Source: a virus (Duplodnaviria > Caudoviricetes). From it: a DNA stretch of 48,581 nucleotides. The stretch's first letter is position 1; each line of letters begins with the position of its first letter. Where the stretch lies: positions 1 to 48,581 of the IMG/VR virus record IMGVR_UViG_3300017589_000093. One strand, written 5' to 3'. The notes beneath the pieces are model-generated. The model made no database searches and was not told where the DNA came from. It worked only from the letters and a program-made list of their open reading frames with translations. Both the position numbers and the translations under genes were made by a program. Positions 1 through 6,778 of the stretch are shown piece after piece.

Positions 1-103
1 AACAAATATTTTCTTAACAAAAATAGACTGTAACACTTGCGCAATTGAAAAATATTACCTTACTTTGCACTCGCAATTCAAGAGAGACTTGCACTTGCAT
101 AAG

Positions 104-174
104 GGTTCCTTGGCCGAGTGGCTAGGCACCGGTCTGCAAAACCGTCTACGGCGGTTCGAATCCGCCAGGAACCT
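104..174 (+). tRNA. tRNA-Cys (anticodon GCA), host gene used as integration site
   Basis: Acceptor stem GGTTCCT (104-110)/AGGAACC (167-173), D-arm GCC-GAGTGGCTA-GGC, anticodon loop CTGCAAA (GCA at 136-138), T-arm GGCGG-TTCGAAT-CCGCC, discriminator T; no encoded CCA. Confidence 0.97.
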
Positions 175-176
175 CT
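161..176 (+). repeat. Left attachment core TCCGCCAGGAACCTCT
   Basis: Identical 16-mer at 48420-48435; overlaps the tRNA T-arm and acceptor stem. Confidence 0.95.
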
Positions 177-187
177 TTTTAATCATT

Positions 188-217
188 TGCCCGACAGTTT
201 AGACTGTCGGGCATTTT
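188..217 (+). terminator. Phage-supplied intrinsic terminator for the tRNA
   Basis: TGCCCGACAGT-TTAG-ACTGTCGGGCA hairpin followed by TTTT. Confidence 0.8.
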
Positions 218-296
218 GCGTTTATACTGATTTACAGCGATTTATCATAATTCACGCACGTAAAACAAAACCACGCAAAACCAGGGAATTTAAGCA

Positions 297-325
297 ATGT
301 AGTAAAAATGTAGTAAAAATGATTT
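297..325 (+). repeat. Putative integrase arm-type binding sites (tandem ATGTAGTAA)
   Basis: ATGTAGTAAAAATGTAGTAAAAATGATTT matches 48360-48388 at 27/29; the copies lie just inside each att core. Confidence 0.7.
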
Positions 326-326
326 T

Positions 327-1496
327 ATGGCAGTTCTAAAACTATATCAATCAACAAGTTACACGGGAAAATTAGGCAAAATGCCTTTATACATCTCTTT
401 TTATGCAAATAGGGAGAAGGTCGTTGTGCCTACAGAGATAAGCATCAGGCCCGAGTGTTTCGACGCAGACAAAGGAAAAGTAACAACAAAAGAAAAGGAT
501 AATAAAGATTATAACCTTATAATAGATAAGATGAAGGCTCGAATCACTAACATAATGGTTCGTTACCGTCTCAGGAACAAAAAGCTAACAAAAACAAATT
601 TCTGGAAGGAGTTTAAACGTCCGGACAATTACGATACTTTCTACCTATTTATAAAAGATTATTTTAAAAACAATGCGAACAAAATCGAACTATCAACAAA
701 AGCAACTCACGAAGACGCGATCAATAAGCTGGAACGCTATGCACCTAATTTACATTTCGACGACATAGACGAAGCGTTTCTTTCAGATTATAAAATACAT
801 CTACGTAAAAAGCTTAAAAACATAGAATCTACAGCCACAAAGAACATGGCTATTATAAAAAAATATGTTCGTCTCGCGATGAAAGCAGGCTACATACAGG
901 ACAATCCTTTCGAAAACATTAAGCTAAAACGAAATATTAAAGGTAAGTTTGCTTACTTAAATTCCGAAGAATTGCAAAAAATGATGACTCTTTATAAGGA
1001 AGAGACTATTCCGGAGAACGAACAAAGCTCATTAGGGTTATTTCTATTTATGTGCCTCACAGGTCTAGCCGTAACTGACTCGAAAAAAATGTTGATAGAA
1101 CAAATAGGTGCTAAAACGTTTACTTATTTCCGCGTAAAAAACAGGAACTCAAAGCCTGATCCGATAGTAGTACCTCTTTCGATTCCGGCAAAAAAGCTGA
1201 TTCGGAAGCTTTCTAACAAGAGAATAAAAGGGCCTTTATTCACCGATCTTGTAGCGGATCAGAAAATTAATGTACATATAAAAAAGATCGCCACACGGCT
1301 GGAGATAGACAAAAATCTGTCAACAAAAGCCGGACGTCACACCTTCGCAACAATTTTCCTTCGCGAAACAAAAGACCTGGCCACATTAAAAGAAATTCTA
1401 GGTCATTCAGACTATCGGGAGACGCTGGTATATGCTCACGTAATGGAAGAATCCAAGTTAGACGACATCCGAGTCTTTAATAAATTCACATTCTAA
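327..1496 (+). CDS. int: Tyrosine recombinase/integrase, Bacteroidota type
   Basis: 389 aa; N-terminal arm-binding-like region, C-terminal GRHTFAT and LGHS...TLVYAH catalytic motifs; adjacent to att/tRNA. Confidence 0.95.
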   Translation: MAVLKLYQSTSYTGKLGKMPLYISFYANREKVVVPTEISIRPECFDADKGKVTTKEKDNKDYNLIIDKMKARITNIMVRYRLRNKKLTKTNFWKEFKRPDNYDTFYLFIKDYFKNNANKIELSTKATHEDAINKLERYAPNLHFDDIDEAFLSDYKIHLRKKLKNIESTATKNMAIIKKYVRLAMKAGYIQDNPFENIKLKRNIKGKFAYLNSEELQKMMTLYKEETIPENEQSSLGLFLFMCLTGLAVTDSKKMLIEQIGAKTFTYFRVKNRNSKPDPIVVPLSIPAKKLIRKLSNKRIKGPLFTDLVADQKINVHIKKIATRLEIDKNLSTKAGRHTFATIFLRETKDLATLKEILGHSDYRETLVYAHVMEESKLDDIRVFNKFTF

Positions 1497-1508
1497 TCCG
1501 CACTTTTC

Positions 1509-1536
1509 CCGACATACGGGCATACGGACATACAAA
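1509..1536 (+). repeat. Three tandem GACATAC-type repeats, remote copy of the origin-like repeats
   Basis: CCGACATACGGGCATACGGACATACAAA matches the reverse complement of 30502-30529 at 27/28. Confidence 0.85.
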
Positions 1537-1570
1537 ACATCCTTACTCTTTAAAACTAATCGTGTTAAAA

Positions 1571-1612
1571 AAATACAGGTTAAAGGATTTTTATCTTATT
1601 TAACCTGTATTT
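1571..1612. terminator. Probable bidirectional terminator between int and the DGR operon
   Basis: 14-bp inverted repeat AAATACAGGTTAAA / TTTAACCTGTATTT between convergent genes. Confidence 0.65.
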
Positions 1613-1617
1613 AAATC

Positions 1618-1992
1618 TCATTTAAACGTAAGCTTTCTTCTTTCGATCTCCGTAAGTTTTGCAAACTCATAATATCCATTCGATTGGATGATCTTTGTAT
1701 AGAAAGGGAGTTCTCTATTCTTGTTCTCCGCCTCTTTAATGGTACTTATCAACTTATATGCTTCCGTCCATAACATCCGTAATGATCCTCCAACATAGAG
1801 CTGAAAAACAAGCAGCTCCTTATCATCGCTTTTCTGTGAGAATGTTATTTCATAGTCAAGAATAATGACAGGAACACATAAAACCGATCCAATAAAGATT
1901 CTTCGCCCTTTAAACGATTTTTTCAAGAAACGCTTCTTGGTTGGCGTCCACAAATCCGTTATACTCTGTTCTGATTTGTTCGATGCTTTCAT
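1618..1992 (-). CDS. Putative DGR accessory protein (not Avd-like)
   Basis: 124 aa, last gene of the DGR operon; FKGRRI..I.DYE...LPFYTKI...YEF pattern resembles, from recall, small proteins found after Bacteroidota DGR RTs. Confidence 0.6.
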   Translation of the reverse strand: MKASNKSEQSITDLWTPTKKRFLKKSFKGRRIFIGSVLCVPVIILDYEITFSQKSDDKELLVFQLYVGGSLRMLWTEAYKLISTIKEAENKNRELPFYTKIIQSNGYYEFAKLTEIERRKLTFK

Positions 1993-2245
1993 AAGTTAAC
2001 CCCCTTTCGATCAGGTATTGCTCAAATAACTCGAAAGCAGGTGGATTGCCCTCAATACCCCCTTCATCTGGAACGAAGTCACACTCATACCGTACACCTT
2101 GATTCGTGCTCTCTTCGCCTGATTCGGTCGGCAATATCTCCGTAATATTGTAATTCAGCCTCCAGTGCCTTAATCCGTCCTTTATGTTCATTAATAATAG
2201 CACGGATTGCCGATCGTTGCTCATGTCTCTTAAATACTCTTTCAT
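1910..2245 (-). CDS. Hypothetical acidic protein overlapping the RT 3' end
   Basis: 111 aa ORF with an ATG in A-rich context; overlaps RT by 161 nt and the next ORF by 83 nt. Confidence 0.5.
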   Translation of the reverse strand: MKEYLRDMSNDRQSVLLLMNIKDGLRHWRLNYNITEILPTESGEESTNQGVRYECDFVPDEGGIEGNPPAFELFEQYLIERGLTYESIEQIRTEYNGFVDANQEAFLEKIV

Positions 2246-3221
2246 ACTTTGTCCTCCATATTTTTAATAAATTGTCTGTATCTCTATGTTTTAATATGCC
2301 ATTTAATGAAGCCATGTAGCGATCCTCGTATACAGGATCTGAAGGCCTTTTATTCAGCCTTGCGAGTTTTGCCCTGTGTCTGTGCTTCGTCCTGGTTCTT
2401 AAATCAATCTTATAGGTATAGAAAACTGAACCTAAGAAGTCAACACCTCGCGAGTCAACCGGAAAAACTTGCCAGGTTGGTTTTATGTCCAGCTTTCTTC
2501 TATTCGTTAGATATTCTTTTATATCTCTTAACGCTGTATGTAAAACCTTTTTATCCTTATCGAATATTACTACATCATCACAATATCGATCATAAGATTT
2601 AAGCCCTAACACCTGCACAACGTAATGATCAAGCTCACTCAGATAGATGTTGCCAAACAACTGACTATGACGCCCGCCAATTGGGAGATGTCCATGTGAG
2701 TTCATTATAACAGATATAAGCCATAATACACGATCGCCTTTAATTTTATGCGATAGAACATCAAGCATTATGTAAGGATCAACCGACTCATAATATTTTC
2801 TTACATCAATTTTTAAACAATACGGGTTTTCAATCCGATCGATATCCTTGATAACTTGATGTTGACATTTTAGCGGGCCTCTGCCCTTAATATTACCATA
2901 CGTCCTATTTATAAATGTAGGCGTAAAGATTGGATCAAGTGCCTGAACAATCATTTCGGCCACGATCTTATCCCTGTGCATTGCCTCCTTTATATTTCTT
3001 ATCTTACCGCCGTCAGTCATTCGAACACTTTCCCTACAAGGGAGAGGTACATATGTTTCGTTTATCAGATCATCATATAATAGTTGAAAGTTCGTTTCCC
3101 AATTGGCATCCCACTTTCTCATATCTCTTGTGTATTTCTTTCCCTGCCTGACAACGATATCCGCCGCAAGCAGGTTGTCCATACGAATCATTTCTTCATA
3201 ATCAATCTTAATCCTTTTCAT
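2085..3221 (-). CDS. DGR reverse transcriptase
   Basis: 378 aa; KIDVRKYY, LPIGGRHSQLFGNIYL (DGR-type SQ motif), RYCDD catalytic motif, GVDFLG; adjacent to TR. Confidence 0.96.
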   Translation of the reverse strand: MKRIKIDYEEMIRMDNLLAADIVVRQGKKYTRDMRKWDANWETNFQLLYDDLINETYVPLPCRESVRMTDGGKIRNIKEAMHRDKIVAEMIVQALDPIFTPTFINRTYGNIKGRGPLKCQHQVIKDIDRIENPYCLKIDVRKYYESVDPYIMLDVLSHKIKGDRVLWLISVIMNSHGHLPIGGRHSQLFGNIYLSELDHYVVQVLGLKSYDRYCDDVVIFDKDKKVLHTALRDIKEYLTNRRKLDIKPTWQVFPVDSRGVDFLGSVFYTYKIDLRTRTKHRHRAKLARLNKRPSDPVYEDRYMASLNGILKHRDTDNLLKIWRTKYERVFKRHEQRSAIRAIINEHKGRIKALEAELQYYGDIADRIRRREHESRCTV

Positions 3222-3356
3222 TGGGTTATATTTTAGTTAGTTTTTGCTACTTCCGGCGGACGTTCGCTTTCGCTACCAGCCCGCCTTAAAAGAAGTATTA
3301 GAAATTATCGCACTACCTTCGGTGCTTGGATGTGACGCTTGCGAAAAAAAATAGAA

Positions 3357-3463
3357 GCAATTAGCGCGCCGATGTTGATGTTCCGGTTCAACGAAGAGTT
3401 GTTCGAATTCAAGTAGAAAGGCCCGTCATTCGCACCGTTGTTCGAGTTCCCACCAGCAATCAG
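3357..3463 (-). repeat. DGR template repeat (TR)
   Basis: 107-bp intergenic copy of 3538-3644; rich in AAC/AAT codons (reads LIAGGNSNNGANDGPFYLNSNNSSLNRNINIGALI); all 14 mismatches fall at TR adenines. Confidence 0.97.
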
Positions 3464-3485
3464 CAAAGCATCACACCCTTATGTA

Positions 3486-4649
3486 TTATATCGTCGGAAC
3501 GACGACTTGCGTCGTCGCGGGCAATCGGTCGATCGATGCAAAAAGCGCGCCGAGGGTGATGTACCGGTACAACGAAGAGGTGGTCGAATTCAAGTAGAAA
3601 GGCCCGGCAGACGCACCGGAGTTCGAGGTCCCACCAGCAATCAGGATGTTCTTATCCGTCGTATTGTTGTAGGTATAATCTCCGTACCCTGTTGTACTCG
3701 TAGCACCGTACGCCTTGGCGTTTATCCAGGGCGCATTAATATCTTTCAACCAGCCTTCGCCAGCAGCGATTATACAAGCCTGTATATAGTCAGCAGAGAT
3801 AACGCTATTCGTATTTGCTTTATACGGATCCGAACACACCATAACCCGACGCTCCCCACCTACCTGATTGCAATAAACGCCTGACAAGATCTTCCAGCAA
3901 TCCCCGTAAATGTTTTCGATAAATCGCCATCTGAAGGGTTTATTCGACGCTGTCTCAGCATCCGCAGGGACCTCTCCTGAAGGAGTTGTAAGTACGTTTG
4001 TTTTACCTGAAGTAATGTTAGAGTACGTTGAGCCGGTTTGCAGTCCCGCCCATACAGCCTGTGCATTACGCCTTCCAATATCGTGCAATAAAAGCAACGA
4101 TAAAGCATTGTAAGTATAGTAGGGTAAGACGAACAAGTCTTCACTCGTTAGCTGGCAGGCGGCAGTAAACTCAACCAAATTCTTATTATTCGGATATTTA
4201 AAGCCCGAATGAGAACGAGCCTTTCCCGTACCATCAATATAACCAGGATAACGGCATACAGCTTGCTGAGCGATATGCATAAAACCAGGCACAGGCACAA
4301 GACTGAACCAAACTTGTATCTTATTCCTTACTGAATCGAAACGGGATCCATACCAGAACTCCGGAACGCTCACTTTTTGCAGATAATTAGGATCTGCTAA
4401 ATGCGATGCGGATCCATCCAGGCGCACAGCCACATTATCGTGCAGATACCAGCGCTCTTTTGTGGCAATCAACTCCTCAAATGGACGCATTCCGGACTGT
4501 ATTGGCTTAATCCCATTAAAATAAGCACTACCTACCAAGTCAACCCTATCATCATTTTGCCCGGGAGTATACTCAAACCCATGCAGGGTTGGATTTGTTG
4601 GCACTCCACTTCGACAAGATAATCCGACACCTAAACCTAGTCCTAGCAT
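3486..4649 (-). CDS. DGR target protein, probable CLec-fold receptor-binding/tail-associated protein
   Basis: 387 aa; IENIYGDCWK and C-terminal AGG..S.SGA.AG.F.L motifs typical of CLec/Mtd-like targets; VR at the C-terminus; N-terminal MLGLGLG. Confidence 0.9.
   Translation of the reverse strand: MLGLGLGVGLSCRSGVPTNPTLHGFEYTPGQNDDRVDLVGSAYFNGIKPIQSGMRPFEELIATKERWYLHDNVAVRLDGSASHLADPNYLQKVSVPEFWYGSRFDSVRNKIQVWFSLVPVPGFMHIAQQAVCRYPGYIDGTGKARSHSGFKYPNNKNLVEFTAACQLTSEDLFVLPYYTYNALSLLLLHDIGRRNAQAVWAGLQTGSTYSNITSGKTNVLTTPSGEVPADAETASNKPFRWRFIENIYGDCWKILSGVYCNQVGGERRVMVCSDPYKANTNSVISADYIQACIIAAGEGWLKDINAPWINAKAYGATSTTGYGDYTYNNTTDKNILIAGGTSNSGASAGPFYLNSTTSSLYRYITLGALFASIDRLPATTQVVVPTI
3500..3517 (-). 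promoter_or_regulatory. Putative DGR target-recognition hairpin downstream of VR/IMH
   Basis: CGACGAC-GCAA-GTCGTCG on the minus strand, 7-bp stem with 4-nt loop, 20 nt after VR; absent after TR. Confidence 0.75.
3538..3644 (-). repeat. DGR variable repeat (VR)
   Basis: Encodes LIAGGTSNSGASAGPFYLNSTTSSLYRYITLGALF; 93/107 identical to TR. Confidence 0.97.
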
Positions 4650-4650
4650 A

Positions 4651-4932
4651 TTAGATGTATTTAGTTATGTTTACAGAACCTGCAACTTCAAGGACATACC
4701 CTGTATATGTCGCAACATCGACTGAGCTTCCAGCGGGCATAAACATACCATCCCCTTTTTTTTGTTCGGAAGATTTACGGTAAAATAGGCGAGAATCAAT
4801 TAATGCCACAACCCTAACTGGATTATCACTACAGTTAAATACAGAGTTTAATACGTCTTTTGATTCTCCGATTGACATTACAGGAACAATGTTATATCCT
4901 GTATCTTTATGAACGGCTGGAAAGTATTTCAT
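4651..4932 (-). CDS. Hypothetical protein, possible partner of the DGR target
   Basis: 93 aa, stop codon 1 nt before the target start. Confidence 0.75.
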   Translation of the reverse strand: MKYFPAVHKDTGYNIVPVMSIGESKDVLNSVFNCSDNPVRVVALIDSRLFYRKSSEQKKGDGMFMPAGSSVDVATYTGYVLEVAGSVNITKYI

Positions 4933-4944
4933 GATATTATATTT

Positions 4945-5226
4945 TTAAATAGTTTTCATTTGATTTAAATCTGCAATAAGCTCATTAACGGCCTGTGAAG
5001 CAACTGAAAGATTTGTAGATACTACATTGATATTAGTACTGAGGTCTCCTTCATGGCCATTATTCACGTTAAATGAACCTATATTACCAATTTGATCGGT
5101 CTGGATTTGACCTGAGATGTTTATGATATCCCCAGAAGAGGACAAGATCGCTTCACTTTGTAATTTAACTGGTCCTGAAATGGTTTCAAGACTTAGAATT
5201 CTCCGTTCTGTTTTAATTGTTGTCAT
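4945..5226 (-). CDS. Hypothetical protein (tail region)
   Basis: 93 aa, tightly packed in the operon. Confidence 0.75.
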   Translation of the reverse strand: MTTIKTERRILSLETISGPVKLQSEAILSSSGDIINISGQIQTDQIGNIGSFNVNNGHEGDLSTNINVVSTNLSVASQAVNELIADLNQMKTI

Positions 5227-5243
5227 AATTTTTTAAATATTTA

Positions 5244-6326
5244 TTAGTCGATCGAACCTATCATATCAGAGGCATTGTACGCAGCTGAAGAAGAATTGGT
5301 AAAGTATATTAGTCCGCCTCGTAAATCATAGTCTGGCAATGAGGCCACATTTCCTGTTCTAACTGGGCCAGAACCCGGTACAGTACTAGCAATTATTGTT
5401 CCCAATGATATAGTTACTTCCCCACTCTGAGAAGCCGAAGGCATCGGGTTATCCCCGTATTTTATATTGAGGAAACAATTATTAAGAGTAAGACTGCCAG
5501 TTTCGCTGATAACATATAATTCGTAGTTTGTCTTACCAGCACTCCAAATAGCTGTGATTGTGACTGTAACAGCAGATTCTTTCACTTGAACTACCTGTCT
5601 AGCATCTGGTATAGGAATAAAAGTATTTGCTATATCTGGAGAAGTAAAAGATGTTTTTGCAGTTTCAGCCAAAAAGTAAACCACATCATACATGCCAAGC
5701 TCCCCAGTAAGAGGAACGTCTATACCACCTCCACTACCACTTACAAGAGTAGTAGATTCCGTCATATACTTAAATATAGAACTTCCCTGTTTACTTATGG
5801 CAACTCCAAAATACATTTCACCAAGATTCCAGGTGTATCCTAGGTCTGCTAAAGTTAACTCATATTCACTCTGCACTCGTAAATCCAGGGCACACCCCAT
5901 TGTGCCCGTACTAGCGTAGTAAACATCTGCCAGATTCAAAGGAATAAAGGGAGATGCCGCATTGTGTTCATATGATCTAAAATCAGCGAGTCTGCAAGGT
6001 TGCCCAGCTATTCCAAGTGGGGGTAAATACTCCCACATAAGTGTTCCTGCTCTTAAGGCTGCAAACATCGCAGCCATAGTGGTATAATTTGGAATGTTTA
6101 TTCCGCAGTTCCCATCAGTAGCTTTCCACCAGTCACCACTAGCACTCCTATCCGGAGCAACACTATCATACCGGTCTGGTTTAAATTTGCTCCACTTATT
6201 GATACGGGACGCACTAATAGCTTCGGAAGTCAGCTTTCCAGCGCATAACTCCCTAATGATGCTAGATCCCAGACCAATTGTCTGAGCTACTAATGTTGTT
6301 GTTATACCTATTGATGGGAGGGCCAT
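5244..6326 (-). CDS. Putative tail-fibre-associated structural protein
   Basis: 360 aa; INKWSKFKP, WEYLPP, RLADFRSYEHNA motifs recalled from Bacteroidota phage proteins next to tail fibres; beta-rich C-terminus. Confidence 0.65.
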   Translation of the reverse strand: MALPSIGITTTLVAQTIGLGSSIIRELCAGKLTSEAISASRINKWSKFKPDRYDSVAPDRSASGDWWKATDGNCGINIPNYTTMAAMFAALRAGTLMWEYLPPLGIAGQPCRLADFRSYEHNAASPFIPLNLADVYYASTGTMGCALDLRVQSEYELTLADLGYTWNLGEMYFGVAISKQGSSIFKYMTESTTLVSGSGGGIDVPLTGELGMYDVVYFLAETAKTSFTSPDIANTFIPIPDARQVVQVKESAVTVTITAIWSAGKTNYELYVISETGSLTLNNCFLNIKYGDNPMPSASQSGEVTISLGTIIASTVPGSGPVRTGNVASLPDYDLRGGLIYFTNSSSAAYNASDMIGSID

Positions 6327-6327
6327 G

Positions 6328-6771
6328 TTAAGATAAGATTAGTTTTTCGTTAAGGTAGGCGATGGTGCCTAACGTAAGGTCGTTTATTTCAGAAAGTTTG
6401 TCGAACTCTTCCGAAGATATTCCTTCGTACATAACAGTTACCTCTTCGCCGAAATAAGGGTTGATTACCTCATTTAGGCTTTCTTCAAATCTCTTTCTAA
6501 GAACTTCAAATTCCTGTTTTTCAATCTCAGATTTTGCGGATTGTAATACATCGTAATTATCTGGCTTGTGAGAGTCGATAGTTGTTTTTTGAAATTCTTC
6601 GGCCGCTTTAACTATTTTTCCCAAGTCAAGCATATACCCGATAATGATTCTTTTGGCGTCTAATCCTAAGGCTATGGTGTTTGGCTCAAATTTTTTTACT
6701 TTGATAGTAGCAAGTGTTCTGTATAAGTTGAATACTTCGCTTCTTTTCATTTTAACTTCTTTCTTTTCCAT
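6328..6771 (-). CDS. Hypothetical protein, possible tail fibre chaperone
   Basis: 147 aa charged helical protein directly after the fibre gene. Confidence 0.65.
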   Translation of the reverse strand: MEKKEVKMKRSEVFNLYRTLATIKVKKFEPNTIALGLDAKRIIIGYMLDLGKIVKAAEEFQKTTIDSHKPDNYDVLQSAKSEIEKQEFEVLRKRFEESLNEVINPYFGEEVTVMYEGISSEEFDKLSEINDLTLGTIAYLNEKLILS

Positions 6772-6778
6772 CTTAATT

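Noticed and set aside
118-339. 73-aa ORF over the tRNA
   Set aside because: Overlaps tRNA-Cys, the att core and a terminator; spurious
2085-3221. RT as group II intron, retron or Abi RT
   Set aside because: DGR-type SQ motif and an adjacent adenine-specific TR/VR pair; no maturase/endonuclease domain and no interrupted gene
3438-3884. 148-aa plus-strand ORF across TR/VR
   Set aside because: Antisense shadow of the DGR target; no independent support
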